In this document: one piece after another, positions 7,627 through 17,678 of the stretch
Layout of the letters: each line of letters begins with the position of its first letter
Numbering within the stretch: position 1 is the first letter of the stretch
NCBI GenBank assembly: GCA_963675785.1
Contig: OY776562.1
Coordinates: forward strand, 1,120,001-1,184,000
Direction of reading: 5' to 3'
Length of the DNA stretch: 64,000 bases
Origin: Anaerolineae bacterium
GTDB lineage: Bacteria; Chloroflexota; Anaerolineae; UBA1429
The notes under the pieces: model-generated
Databases searched by the model: none
Seen by the model: the letters and a program-made list of their open reading frames with translations, nothing else
Told to the model about the DNA's origin: nothing
Translations under genes and position numbers: made by a program

Positions 7627-10107
7627 CTAGATCTTGGCAACCAGGCTTGTAAGGTCAAACACTTCAATGGCCCCCGGGTTGCTCGAACACTCGATCTCGT
7701 ATTCGACGCCCGGCTCCATGTTGAGGCAGTTGCCTCCCATATCGACATCGTTCTCTGGCTCGATAAACACGCCAAAAGCGGGCACATCGCTGATGAGGGT
7801 AATGATGTCGTCTTCTACACTCACCGCAATGTTGGGCTTGGCCAGGTTCATCGAGCGGAAGCGTTGGAACACCTTGTAATTGGTGTAAATGTCCCCGTCC
7901 AAATCCAACTCGACATAAACAACCGTGTCGAAGAGGTCGCCGTTCAACTCGTGCGGGTTGGTGGTAGAAGGCTGATCTACCGGCATGACCCGTATCTTGT
8001 GTCCGATGCCCAAATCCTCCAGCGCCAGATGCTTGAGCACTGTCGTGCTGTTGGGTTGCAGTGTCACCGGAAAGCTCAGTTCCGCGCGTAGCTCGCCAGC
8101 TAGGGTGTATGATGTCAGTCGTACTGTACCAGCAGTTTCTCCTATACGATCCGAGGCCGCCTTGAGTATCAATTCGCCATTCTCTTCCACCAATACGGGC
8201 AGTACATCCGCAAAAAAGTCCCCGGTATAGTGGTAAAGTGCCTTTTTTCGCCCGTAATAGTCGATAGAGGCCCAACTGGCTACTGGCCAACAGTCGTTGA
8301 TCTGCCAATAGAGTGCTCCGGCTGTGTTGAACATGCGTAGCCGCCAGTGCTCAACAGCCGTCTTGACGGCCTCAGCCTGGTTGAACTGGGTGAGGTACAC
8401 AAAGCTGCGGAAATCCTTGGGGAATCCCACGCGCCCCACCAGGAACCGGACCAGCCGCTCGGTGCCCTCTTTCATCTTGTTGTGCGAACGCACCACATCG
8501 CTCAGGATGGTGCGGTCTTCGGGCTCGGTATAGCTGAGTACTGTCTTCCAGTTGGGCATGGCCTGAAAGCCGAATTCGCTCAGGAAGCGACCGTTATCGG
8601 CCAAATATCCCGAGTAATCCTGCCAGTTGCTCCACACCGACCACTGATGGCGGTCGCCGGCCTTTTCGCTGTTGGGTGTGTCTCCGCCATAAGGGCTCGA
8701 TACCCAGTAAGGGCGAGAAGGATCGACCTCGCCGCATACCTCGGGCAGAATCTGGCGGTAAATGGTGTTGCCCAAATACTCGGGCACGCCGTTGCCCCAC
8801 CAATCCGCAAAGCCCCAGTTGTTCTCATTGTTGCCGCACCATAGCACGATGCTGGGATAGTTGCGCAACCGTGAGACCACCTCGATGGCTTCTTCGCGGG
8901 CGCTATCGCGGAACCATTCGAACTCATCGGGATACTGGGCGCAGGCGTACATAAAGTCCTGCCAAACCATAATACCCAGGCGGTCGCAGGCCTCATAGAA
9001 AGCGGGGTCTTCGTACAATCCGCCGCCCCAGATGCGCAGCATGTTCATGTTCGCTTCTGCCGCCATCTCGATCAGGCTCTCATAGCGCTCTGCGTCGAGG
9101 CGCGGCAGCAGGTTGTCTGCCGGAATCCAGTTGGCACCCTTGCAGAACACGCGTCGGCCGTTGATCTCGATGATAAAGCTCTTGCCTTCGACATCTTCTT
9201 CCTGGATAAGGCGCACCGTGCGGATGCCGGTCTTGATCCGGGCAGTGTCGAGAGTCGCTTTGCTGGCTAGCAGGGTGATCTCGACATCATAGAGGGGTTG
9301 GACACCCAGGCCATTAGGCCACCACAACTGGGCGTCATCGATGGTCATGGTAGTCTCAAAGCCTAGCGTGCCGCGCAGATTATCCACGCTCACGGTCTTT
9401 TCCACCACGGGTTCACCATCTAGTGAGATGGCGATGCGAGCCTGGAGAGGCACAACGTCATATTGGCGAATGGCCGCTTCGACGTGCAGCGCCGCCGTCC
9501 CGTCTTCGTTGATGGACTTGGTATAAGCATAGGGATTGCTCAGCTCAGCGGTGCGGATGACGCGCACCTGAACGGGCCGCCAAATGCCTACCTGGGCGAT
9601 CCGTGGTCCCCAGTCCCAGCCATAGGCATATTGGGCCTTGCGGATATAGGGTCGCGCAGATTCACAGCCGCCCTTGAGATCGAGGTCGCTGTTGCGTTCC
9701 ATATCCTTGATGGTGTTTAGCGGAGAATGGAGGTAAACCGTGAGCGTGTTCTCGGTCTCAGCAAACTGGGTGATATCGAACCAGTAACGCATGAACATGT
9801 TGTCGGCACTGCCGATAAACACGTCATTGACATAAATATCGGCATAGGTATCCAACCCCTCGAAAAGCAGGTCGATCTGGTCGGCTTCCAGGTCTTCTTC
9901 ACCCAGTTCGAAGGATCGTCGATAGACCCATTCCTTCGGTTCGAGTTTTACGGCCTCGACCTCGTTCATGCGGTAAAACGGATCGGGCAGGTCACCGAGG
10001 TTCATCAAATCCAGTTGTACACAACCGGGCACAGTGGCTGCGCGCCAATCATCGCCGGCCACGTCCCTGAATTGCCATTCGCCGTCAAGGCTGTAGGTCT
10101 TGATCAT
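7627..10107 (-). CDS. Beta-mannosidase, glycoside hydrolase family 2
   Basis: RKAQYAYGWDWGP, KGANWIP, NMLRIWGGG, WCGNNE acid/base, SEFGFQ nucleophile, WQINDCWP. Confidence 0.95.
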   Translation of the reverse strand: MIKTYSLDGEWQFRDVAGDDWRAATVPGCVQLDLMNLGDLPDPFYRMNEVEAVKLEPKEWVYRRSFELGEEDLEADQIDLLFEGLDTYADIYVNDVFIGSADNMFMRYWFDITQFAETENTLTVYLHSPLNTIKDMERNSDLDLKGGCESARPYIRKAQYAYGWDWGPRIAQVGIWRPVQVRVIRTAELSNPYAYTKSINEDGTAALHVEAAIRQYDVVPLQARIAISLDGEPVVEKTVSVDNLRGTLGFETTMTIDDAQLWWPNGLGVQPLYDVEITLLASKATLDTARIKTGIRTVRLIQEEDVEGKSFIIEINGRRVFCKGANWIPADNLLPRLDAERYESLIEMAAEANMNMLRIWGGGLYEDPAFYEACDRLGIMVWQDFMYACAQYPDEFEWFRDSAREEAIEVVSRLRNYPSIVLWCGNNENNWGFADWWGNGVPEYLGNTIYRQILPEVCGEVDPSRPYWVSSPYGGDTPNSEKAGDRHQWSVWSNWQDYSGYLADNGRFLSEFGFQAMPNWKTVLSYTEPEDRTILSDVVRSHNKMKEGTERLVRFLVGRVGFPKDFRSFVYLTQFNQAEAVKTAVEHWRLRMFNTAGALYWQINDCWPVASWASIDYYGRKKALYHYTGDFFADVLPVLVEENGELILKAASDRIGETAGTVRLTSYTLAGELRAELSFPVTLQPNSTTVLKHLALEDLGIGHKIRVMPVDQPSTTNPHELNGDLFDTVVYVELDLDGDIYTNYKVFQRFRSMNLAKPNIAVSVEDDIITLISDVPAFGVFIEPENDVDMGGNCLNMEPGVEYEIECSSNPGAIEVFDLTSLVAKI

Positions 10108-10169
10108 CGTGCCTCCTCATAAGGCCGTTCAATTAGGTGTTGCGATAATAGTCTCGCCTGCAATTCGGG

Positions 10170-10826
10170 TCAAACGCTGCTCAACCTGGCCCGGAGCTGT
10201 GTGATCTCGACCGGGTTCCCCCGGAAGGTCTTTACGGCAATGCGCTCTTGCTGATACGTCTCCATGCCATTTAATAGCTGAGCTAATCGTTCTTCGCTGT
10301 GATGGCGCATCACTACCCCTGGCTCGATCTCAAAACAGCCATAGGTACCCAGTTCTGGTGCCCAGCGTGCGTAGCGTTCCTGATTCCGCGCGTCATCCTG
10401 CAGCCCGTAATCCGAGAGATAGAGTACGCCGTCGGGCCGCAGAATGCGGCGTACATCAGCCATCACCGCATCTTGCGATGCATCATCGGCGATGCAGGTG
10501 AGCACGGCGAACAACAGCACGGCATCCACCGAGCCATCGGGCAGGGGGGCGTGTCCTGCTGGCATGGTGCGCAGGTCGAGCTGTGGATATAGCTGTTGGC
10601 CTCGGTGGATCATCTCGGCTGAGGTGTCTAGCCCGATGGGCGAGAGGCCGGCCTCTGCCAGGACAGTACAGGTGCGGCCATAGCCGCAACCGTAATCCAC
10701 CACAGTTGCCCCTATGCCCAGCTCTTCCACCAGGGCGACAGCGTCAACAGGGTGAGTAAAGGTGACCGAATCTGCCACGCGATCCCAATAGTCAGCCTGA
10801 GAGGTTGGGGTGTCTGGCGTTTGCAT
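10170..10826 (-). CDS. Class I SAM-dependent methyltransferase
   Basis: VVDYGCGYG motif I, RILRPDGVLY. Confidence 0.9.
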   Translation of the reverse strand: MQTPDTPTSQADYWDRVADSVTFTHPVDAVALVEELGIGATVVDYGCGYGRTCTVLAEAGLSPIGLDTSAEMIHRGQQLYPQLDLRTMPAGHAPLPDGSVDAVLLFAVLTCIADDASQDAVMADVRRILRPDGVLYLSDYGLQDDARNQERYARWAPELGTYGCFEIEPGVVMRHHSEERLAQLLNGMETYQQERIAVKTFRGNPVEITQLRARLSSV

Positions 10827-10999
10827 GAGAAGGGACTCTCCAATCCGGGATAAGATACGATAACGACCACACAGTTGGTCTCTAGCTCATTTTATCTTAA
10901 CAATCCTACTCTTGTCGGAACAGCAGGTCAACGCGTTTTACACGTACCGCGTGAGAGGCGTATGATGGATGCACCTATAGATAGAAAAGGACGAAACCG

Positions 11000-12208
11000 A
11001 TGGCAGATAAGGCTTTTGAGACACTGGTTGTACACGCAGGGAAAGAGTTTGCCGTACCAACTCCAGGAGGCCGCCCCGTTACGGTGCCCATCGACATGAG
11101 CGTGGGCTATGCTCAGCAGAGCATGAAAGCGCTGGATGACGTCTTTGCTACTGGAGAGGGCTATGTTTATGTTCGTTACGGTACACCCACCGTCGCCGCC
11201 TTTGAACATGCCGTCGCAGCGCTAGAGGCTGCGCCCGAAGCCGTGGCCTATGGCAGCGGCATGGCTGCCCTCACCGGTGCTATTCTGGGTGCTGGCGCCA
11301 AACAGGGCTCGACCGTGGTTTGCGCCAGAGACGTGTATGGCGCCACCATCGCCTTGCTGCGCGATGTGTTGGGTACGATGGGTGTTGAGATGGTATTGGT
11401 GGATATCACCGACCATAAAGTCGTTGCCGAGGCGCTTGCTGCGCCGGCTGCCTGCACCCTGGTATGTGAAACGGTCTCCAATCCTCTGCTGGTGGTGGCT
11501 GATGTGCCCGCGCTGGCTGAAATCGCCCATCAGCAGGGGGCCACGCTCATTGTGGATAGCACCTTTGCCACGCCCTATCTCTACCGGCCTTACTTGGACG
11601 GCGTGGATTATGTGGTGCATTCGGCCACCAAGTACATCTCTGGCCACGGCGATGTCATGGCCGGCGTCATTGCCTGTAATTCAGCTCGTGCTACCGATCT
11701 GCGCAACCGCCAAAAGAGCTTGGGCGCTAATCTGGGCCCCATGGAGGCCTGGTTGGCTCTGCGCGGCATCCGAACGCTGGCCCTGCGCATGAAGCAGCAG
11801 TGTGCCAGCGCGGCACGGGTGGCCGCCTGGCTCGACGCCGATCCGCGCGTTGCCCACGTCAATTATCCGGGCCTGGCGCATCATGCCCAACACGAACTGA
11901 CGGCTCGCCTGTTCGCTGGTAAGGGCTTTGGCGCCATGATCAGCTTTGACCTGCGCAATGCTGGCCGTGCCGAGGTCTTTGCCCTCATGGAGGCGCTGCA
12001 ACTCATTGCCCCGGTCACCACCCTCGGTGATGTCTATTCCCTCATGCTCTATCCGGCCATGGCCTCGCATCGGGGCTTGCCCGCCGAACAGCGCAAAGCC
12101 ATTGGCATTGGCGATGGTCTAGTGCGCTTGAGCGTGGGCATTGAGGCGCCGGAGGACATTATCGCCGATCTCGACCAGGCTCTTGACTCGGCCCAGGGCG
12201 CGAAATAA
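11000..12208 (+). CDS. PLP-dependent Cys/Met metabolism enzyme (cystathionine gamma-synthase / methionine gamma-lyase family)
   Basis: YVRYGTP, SGMAA, ETVSNP, VDSTFATP, HSATKYISGH PLP lysine, RLSVGIE. Confidence 0.92.
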   Translation: MADKAFETLVVHAGKEFAVPTPGGRPVTVPIDMSVGYAQQSMKALDDVFATGEGYVYVRYGTPTVAAFEHAVAALEAAPEAVAYGSGMAALTGAILGAGAKQGSTVVCARDVYGATIALLRDVLGTMGVEMVLVDITDHKVVAEALAAPAACTLVCETVSNPLLVVADVPALAEIAHQQGATLIVDSTFATPYLYRPYLDGVDYVVHSATKYISGHGDVMAGVIACNSARATDLRNRQKSLGANLGPMEAWLALRGIRTLALRMKQQCASAARVAAWLDADPRVAHVNYPGLAHHAQHELTARLFAGKGFGAMISFDLRNAGRAEVFALMEALQLIAPVTTLGDVYSLMLYPAMASHRGLPAEQRKAIGIGDGLVRLSVGIEAPEDIIADLDQALDSAQGAK

Positions 12209-12229
12209 TCACTGTTTCGTGCATATGCT

Positions 12230-12263
12230 AAAGGGCGACCGATTCACGAATCGGTCGCCCTTT
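12230..12263. terminator. Bidirectional terminator
   Basis: AAAGGGCGACCGATTC / GAATCGGTCGCCCTTT perfect stem. Confidence 0.85.
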
Positions 12264-12310
12264 GTGATTTGCGCCAAGCTATCCCTATCTAGGCCTTTGG
12301 AACTTGCTCC

Positions 12311-12598
12311 TTAGTTGGACTCCACAACAAGGGTGTCGCAATCGGCACTCTCTAGTCGGTACTTGAGGATTTCCTGATACGCGTCGGATTGATACCACGC
12401 CATGAGCGCTCTTTTATCGGGAAACTCGATCAGCACCAGCCGCGTGTAGGGCCAATTGCCTTCCAAAACGGTTGGGTTGTTATCGACAGTGAGGTACTTG
12501 CCTTTGTACTGGGCAAAGACGCGATCGCTGTTCGCCACATATTTGGCATAGGCAGCCTCGTCTTTGATGCGAATGTTGGCGATAAAATAGACGCTCAT
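12311..12598 (-). CDS. DUF1330 family protein
   Basis: Y.GKYL, LEG.W, LIEFP, AWYQSDAYQ pattern. Confidence 0.85.
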   Translation of the reverse strand: MSVYFIANIRIKDEAAYAKYVANSDRVFAQYKGKYLTVDNNPTVLEGNWPYTRLVLIEFPDKRALMAWYQSDAYQEILKYRLESADCDTLVVESN

Positions 12599-12611
12599 CT
12601 AGGCACTTTCT

Positions 12612-13394
12612 TTATACCTTGATCTCACCAGCTAGATACAACACAGCTCTACCAGCGATCTTGACTCGCTCGTCACAATATTCGCACTGTAGTGAACCGC
12701 CGCGTTCGGATAACTGCCTTGCCACCATCTGCGTTTTGCCAAGTCGTTCTGCCCAAAAGGGAATCAGGGTCGTATGCGAGGAGCCCGTAACTGGATCCTC
12801 AGGTATTCCTGCGTTGGGGGCAAAGAAACGTGAGACAAAATCTACCTCGTTCCCTTGGGCCGTAACGATCACTGCAAAACAATCGGGAATTCTCGCGAGT
12901 AATTCCATATTGAGTTGCAGGTTCTGTACCGTTTCTTCATCTTTTACCAGCAGCAACAGATCACGCGCCTGATGCGCTTCCAACACGGGGCATCCCAGAG
13001 CTTGTTCCATCAATGGCGTGACTTTTGCTTCGACCGGTGCCCTGCTGGGAAAATCCATCTCGAACAAGTCGCCTTTTGGGATGACACATAGAATCCCGCT
13101 CTGTGTTGTGAAACGTATAGTCTCTAGATCGGGGTTTACGAATTTGGAAATGATGAATGCGCTCGCCAAAGTAGCATGGCCACACAAATCGATCTCTACT
13201 TTTGGTGTAAACCAACGCAAATCAAAATCGGTGCCGTTAGGGAGGATAAACGCAGTTTCTGCCAGGTTGTTCTCCGCCGCTATTTTCTGCAGGGTATCGT
13301 CATCTAGCGGCGTCTCTAAAAGACACACGCCAGCTTGATTTCCTTGAAACAATCTGTCGGCAAACGCATCTACCACAAAATACTTTATATTCAT
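12612..13394 (-). CDS. PhzF family epimerase/isomerase
   Basis: VDAF..GN.AGV, ETAF, LRWFTP.VEIDLCGHATL, EDPVTGS. Confidence 0.93.
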   Translation of the reverse strand: MNIKYFVVDAFADRLFQGNQAGVCLLETPLDDDTLQKIAAENNLAETAFILPNGTDFDLRWFTPKVEIDLCGHATLASAFIISKFVNPDLETIRFTTQSGILCVIPKGDLFEMDFPSRAPVEAKVTPLMEQALGCPVLEAHQARDLLLLVKDEETVQNLQLNMELLARIPDCFAVIVTAQGNEVDFVSRFFAPNAGIPEDPVTGSSHTTLIPFWAERLGKTQMVARQLSERGGSLQCEYCDERVKIAGRAVLYLAGEIKV

Positions 13395-13524
13395 CGTCCC
13401 TCAAACTTGCTATGTAACGGATCAAACCCAAATCAGCTTTTGCCAAGCTCGCCATTTATAATATCAAAAGGCACTCTGCTATCACAGATCACTTGTCATT
13501 GCGGGATCATAGTGAAAGCTGATT

Positions 13525-14361
13525 TTACTCTTCAAAATTACATTTTGTGGTGGCCAGAAGCTGGAGGGATTCCGGAGTGACCTTGTAGAATGGCTCGTGC
13601 TTGTTGAGGGTGGCAATGAGAGCCATTTCTTCATCGGTAAGGCTGAAATCGAATATCTCCACGTTCTCCTTGATATGATCGTGAGACTTGCTGCCGGGAA
13701 CAAGACCGAAGCCCATCTGGATATGCCAGCGAAGAATGACCTGAACAGTGCTCTTGCCGTACTTCTCAGCAAGGGAGATGAAGACCGGGTCATTTATAAG
13801 ATCAGCATTGCCGTGACCCAGCGGATACCAGGCCTGCAGCTTGATCCCCTTCTCGTCGCAGAACGATTTGACAGCCTCGGCAGGGTAATATGGGTGACAC
13901 TCCACCTGCATGAGGGCAGGTGTGATCTCGCATTTTTCAACGACTTCCCTGATCTTCTCGACTGGGAAGTTGGAGATGCCAATGGCGCGAATCTTGCCGG
14001 CTTTACAGGCCTTCTCCAGCATCTTATAGGCGTAGATGTAGTTGTTGACCGGGTGATGAAGGATCATAACATCGATGTAATCCACGCCAAGGCGCTTTAA
14101 TGTGCCATCAATAGCATCGTCTTTTTCATACAGAGTAGGTCCGAGCTTTGTTTCAAGAAAGTACTCCTCTCTTTTCAGGCCGGACTTCTTGAGTCCTTTG
14201 CCGACCTCCACTTCATTTCCGTAGCGGTTGGCAGTGTCAATGAGCTTGTAGCCGTTGTTAAGGGCAAATGCAACATTGTCAGTGATCTGTTCTCCGTATT
14301 GCCCGATCGTGCCGAATCCAAGCTGCGGCAGTTCAATTCCGTTGTCAAGTTTTATTTTCAT
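13525..14361 (-). CDS. Aldo/keto reductase
   Basis: LGFGT, IDTANRY, GISNF, QVECHPY, LRWHIQ. Confidence 0.93.
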   Translation of the reverse strand: MKIKLDNGIELPQLGFGTIGQYGEQITDNVAFALNNGYKLIDTANRYGNEVEVGKGLKKSGLKREEYFLETKLGPTLYEKDDAIDGTLKRLGVDYIDVMILHHPVNNYIYAYKMLEKACKAGKIRAIGISNFPVEKIREVVEKCEITPALMQVECHPYYPAEAVKSFCDEKGIKLQAWYPLGHGNADLINDPVFISLAEKYGKSTVQVILRWHIQMGFGLVPGSKSHDHIKENVEIFDFSLTDEEMALIATLNKHEPFYKVTPESLQLLATTKCNFEE

Positions 14362-14395
14362 TTGGTTTTATCCTCCCGAATGTGTATTTCGCTGA

Positions 14396-15265
14396 TCAAT
14401 CGTGTATGTTTCTCTGGCAGCACATCCGCACAAAGTCTGGGTCAAAATGCTTGACAGCCGTCCCCTCGTATCCCATATCCAGCGAAGCGACCTGCTGCAT
14501 TTCTTCGTCCGTCAACGAGAAATCCCAGATGTTGAAATTCTCCACTATGCGCTCTTTGTGGGTAGACTTCGGAATGACCGTCACACCGCGCTGAACGTTC
14601 CAGCGGAGTATCACCTGCGCTATGTTCTTTCCATGTGCTTCGGCAATACCTTTCAACATCTCGTTTTCAAACGGATTATACCGTCCGCCACCCAGTGGGG
14701 CCCACGCTTCGGGATGCACGCCATAATGTCGCATAGTGTCAAGAGCGCTCTCTTGTGTAAAATATGGATGCAGCTCTACCTGATTTACGACGGGTTTGAT
14801 CTCCACGGTCTCGCAGAAGTTTGTCAGCACGAAGGGATAGAAGTTGGAGACACCAATAGCACGCAGCTTTCCTTCTTTATAGGCATCCTCCATGGCACGC
14901 CACGCGCTAAAGTAGTCCTTCATCGCCTGATGCAGCAGATAGAGGTCGATATAATCAAGTCCCATGGCATTTAAAGACGCGTCGATAGCCTTCTTTGCCA
15001 TGTCATAGTTCTGCATATCCTGTACCCACATCTTGGAGGTGATGAAGAGCTCCTCGCGGGTGCAGATGCCTTCGGCAATAGCCTCACGGACTGCCTCACC
15101 TACAGCGTCCTCGTTGGTGTAGGAAGCGGCAGTGTCAATAAGGCGATAGCTGGCACGGATGGCATCCAATACAGATCGCTTGCACTCTTCCTTATCGCGC
15201 ACCTGAAAGACGCCCAAGCCCTCCATGGGCATTTTGATTCCGTTGGATAATGTTTTGAATTCCAC
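14396..15265 (-). CDS. Aldo/keto reductase (2,5-DKG reductase-like)
   Basis: IDTAASY, TSKMW, LYLLHQ, GVSNF, IPKS. Confidence 0.93.
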   Translation of the reverse strand: MEFKTLSNGIKMPMEGLGVFQVRDKEECKRSVLDAIRASYRLIDTAASYTNEDAVGEAVREAIAEGICTREELFITSKMWVQDMQNYDMAKKAIDASLNAMGLDYIDLYLLHQAMKDYFSAWRAMEDAYKEGKLRAIGVSNFYPFVLTNFCETVEIKPVVNQVELHPYFTQESALDTMRHYGVHPEAWAPLGGGRYNPFENEMLKGIAEAHGKNIAQVILRWNVQRGVTVIPKSTHKERIVENFNIWDFSLTDEEMQQVASLDMGYEGTAVKHFDPDFVRMCCQRNIHD

Positions 15266-15290
15266 TGTTTTTTCCTTCTCAATATAGTTA

Positions 15291-15653
15291 TCAGTATACC
15301 AAAGCTGTAAAGCTGAACTGAATGAGTTTCCACTCGCTGTCTGTGAGGGTGTAGACCTCAGTTACTGCAAAGTGATGGGTGGTTGGCTTGCCGTCAAGGA
15401 GCAAACCGTAATCGCAGTCTGTGATCACAACGGCGATATCACCGTATATTCTGGCTTTCTTGTCGTGGAAAACGAGTTCTGTTGGTTTGAAAAGGTCGCT
15501 GGTGTAACATTCGATCTCTTTTTCGAGTTCACAGGTCATTCCGGTGCGAACGAAACAGCAATCAGAAACAGCAATCTCGCGCATACCGTTCTCATCGGCT
15601 GTTTCCATGGCTTTTCAGAATTTTCCCGATATACTTAAAATCTGATCTTTCAT
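15291..15653 (-). pseudogene. NTF2/DUF4440-like gene interrupted by an in-frame TGA at codon 13
   Basis: ATG at 15653 after AAGGGTG reads MKDQILSISGKF*KAMETADE...; TGA at 15615-15617; C-terminal HHFAVTEVY...WKL fits the NTF2/DUF4440 fold. Confidence 0.7.
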
Positions 15654-15669
15654 AAAATGTCACCCTTCA

Positions 15670-16116
15670 TTATAGCTTGGCTGCAAGGGCAGCAGATTCC
15701 TCTTTTGTGGTTGCCATGCCCTGATAGGATAGGCCGTAAAGGGCACCAAATCGTGCTATGGTAAATTCGCCAGCCTCCATCATCCACTTTTCCGGAGATG
15801 CTCCCTGAAACAGGAAGAAAAGCTTGCCGTTGAGTGAACCCGGCTCTACAGTACCGTAGCATCTGTCAAGGAATGTTCTGACGGATCCGCAGATATTGTG
15901 CCAGTATAAGGGAGAACCAATGACCAGAATATCCGCAGAGAAAACTTTTTCAAGCACTTTGTCAAACTGATCTCCGTGGATATTCTGACCGTATACATTG
16001 ATCTGATAATCGATCAGGTTGAGTGTCTCATAATCATGGCCGGCCAGCAGTGTTTCTGCCAGTGCGACTGTATTGCCGTTTGGGTTGGGACTTCCGTTAA
16101 GAAATAAAATCTTCAT
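15670..16116 (-). CDS. Flavodoxin-like NAD(P)H-dependent FMN reductase
   Basis: FLNGSPNPNGNT, GSPLYW, FLDR. Confidence 0.88.
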   Translation of the reverse strand: MKILFLNGSPNPNGNTVALAETLLAGHDYETLNLIDYQINVYGQNIHGDQFDKVLEKVFSADILVIGSPLYWHNICGSVRTFLDRCYGTVEPGSLNGKLFFLFQGASPEKWMMEAGEFTIARFGALYGLSYQGMATTKEESAALAAKL

Positions 16117-16125
16117 AGTATCGTC

Positions 16126-16968
16126 TTACTCCTGACTATCAAGGTCGATCACAAAGCCGGCATATCTTTCGACCATTTCGTCTGTGGCGTTGTAGTATCT
16201 GACATTCTTGTTGATCTTTGCGATGTTTGCCATCTCCTCTTCGGTGAGCTGGAAGTCGAAAATGTCGAGGTTTGCTTTGATATGCTCGGGATTGTTGGAA
16301 CCCGGGATGACCTGGTTGCCGAACTGAACGTGCCATCTCAGGATGATCTGTGCTGTAGTTTTGCCGTATTTCCTGGCAAGCTTTACAAAGACCGGTTCTT
16401 CCATCAGTGCCTTATCGCCGTGCCCCAGAGGATACCAGGCCATGACACGACAGCCGCACTCAGCAAGACGATTTGTTGTTTCTGTGTCAATGAAATACGG
16501 ATGAGCCTCCATCTGGATCACATGGGGTTTGATCTCACATTCGTTAAGGAGCTTCTCAAGCTTTTCACTCTTGAAATTGGAGATGCCGATGGATTTGATC
16601 TTTCCGGACTTGTAGGCTCCCTCCAGCTTTCTGTAGCCGGCCATAAAGTCGCCGGAAGGCTGGTGAATGAACATCAGGTCGATGTAGTCTGTGTCCAGCA
16701 GTTCAAGGCTCTTTTCAACAGTACCCTCAGTGTTGTACTGGCTGGCCCAGATCTTGGTTGAGAGGAAAATCTCCTCGCGGGCTACACCTGATTTCTTGAT
16801 GGCGCGGCCAACAGCACGTTCATTCATGTAAGCCTGAGCGGTATCGATCATTCGATATCCATTGGAAAGAGCACACAGAACAGCGGCTTCTGCCTGCGCC
16901 GGTGTCATAGTAAAGGTGCCGATGCCGACTGCCGGCATGGTAACTCCATTGCTGAGTGTAAAATTCAT
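16126..16968 (-). CDS. Aldo/keto reductase
   Basis: GIGT, IDTAQAY, STKIW, GISNF, HPY. Confidence 0.93.
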   Translation of the reverse strand: MNFTLSNGVTMPAVGIGTFTMTPAQAEAAVLCALSNGYRMIDTAQAYMNERAVGRAIKKSGVAREEIFLSTKIWASQYNTEGTVEKSLELLDTDYIDLMFIHQPSGDFMAGYRKLEGAYKSGKIKSIGISNFKSEKLEKLLNECEIKPHVIQMEAHPYFIDTETTNRLAECGCRVMAWYPLGHGDKALMEEPVFVKLARKYGKTTAQIILRWHVQFGNQVIPGSNNPEHIKANLDIFDFQLTEEEMANIAKINKNVRYYNATDEMVERYAGFVIDLDSQE

Positions 16969-17042
16969 CTTTGTTGTCCTCCCTGTCTATATTTATTTAC
17001 TGTATTTTCAAGATACAGTTCTGCGCTATAAGAATCACTGTA

Positions 17043-17073
17043 AGCATAACACCCGGTAGTTACAACCGGTCAA
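17043..17073 (-). promoter_or_regulatory. MerR-type promoter (19-bp spacer with dyad) for the AKR operon
   Basis: Minus strand TTGACC-N19-TATGCT with dyad CCGGT-N7-ACCGG overlapping the -35 and spacer. Confidence 0.75.
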
Positions 17074-17101
17074 GTTGAAATTCTGTTTTAAGGAGATTTT
17101 C

Positions 17102-17506
17102 ATGTATAAAATGAAGGAAGTGTGCCGTGAGACCGGCATGACCTATGAAGCATTAAAGTTTTACTGCAATGAAGGACTCGTTCCCAACGTAAAACGCGAC
17201 GCCAACAACCACCGCGTGTTTGATGATCGCGACATCGCATGGATCAAGAGCCTGACCTGCCTGAAAAACTGCGGCATGAGTATTCAGGAGATGAAGGTTT
17301 ATATTGATTTTTGCCTACAGGGCGAGAGTTCGATTCCTGAAAGAAAGGTTATCCTTGCACAGAAGCGCGGGGATCTGCTTGGACGGATAGCCGAGTTGCA
17401 GGCAAGCATTGAATTTATTGACGGGAAGCAGAAATTCTATGATGATGTTCTTTCGGGAAAGACAAAGTATCACAGCAATTTAATCGTGGTTGATAGTAAT
17501 GATTGA
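17102..17506 (+). CDS. MerR family transcriptional regulator (AdhR-like)
   Basis: YKMKEV...LKFYCNEGL, RD.NNHR.F, CLKNCGMSI; ATG 17102 after AAGGAG. Confidence 0.92.
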   Translation: MYKMKEVCRETGMTYEALKFYCNEGLVPNVKRDANNHRVFDDRDIAWIKSLTCLKNCGMSIQEMKVYIDFCLQGESSIPERKVILAQKRGDLLGRIAELQASIEFIDGKQKFYDDVLSGKTKYHSNLIVVDSND

Positions 17507-17648
17507 AAAAAGATATCGAGGGTACATATAGCTACATAAGTTGATTTTGTTCTGTTAGGGGGAAATTGCCCTTGACAAATAGCGTCTCACAAGGCGATTT
17601 TTCCATTTTCGGTAGTGGCTTTTCCTATGGGTACAGCGATGAAACAAG

Positions 17649-17672
17649 AGGGCGCCCATCAGACGCCCTCGT
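17649..17672. terminator. Probable terminator after the aminopeptidase
   Basis: GAGGGCG...CGCCCTC stem. Confidence 0.5.
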
Positions 17673-17678
17673 CTGTAT

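Noticed and set aside
10827-10999. SAM (S-box) riboswitch or T-box upstream of the Cys/Met PLP enzyme
   Set aside because: Conserved core sequences and terminator not found
15615-15617. Selenocysteine or TGA=Trp recoding
   Set aside because: No redox-motif context or evident SECIS, and neighbouring genes use TGA as stop
17558-17605. Imperfect hairpin containing TTGACA at the island's right end as an att site
   Set aside because: No matching repeat found at the left boundary; more likely the MerR terminator or chance
12264-17678. Integron cassette array or composite transposon
   Set aside because: No attC-like sites, integrase, transposase or terminal repeats detected
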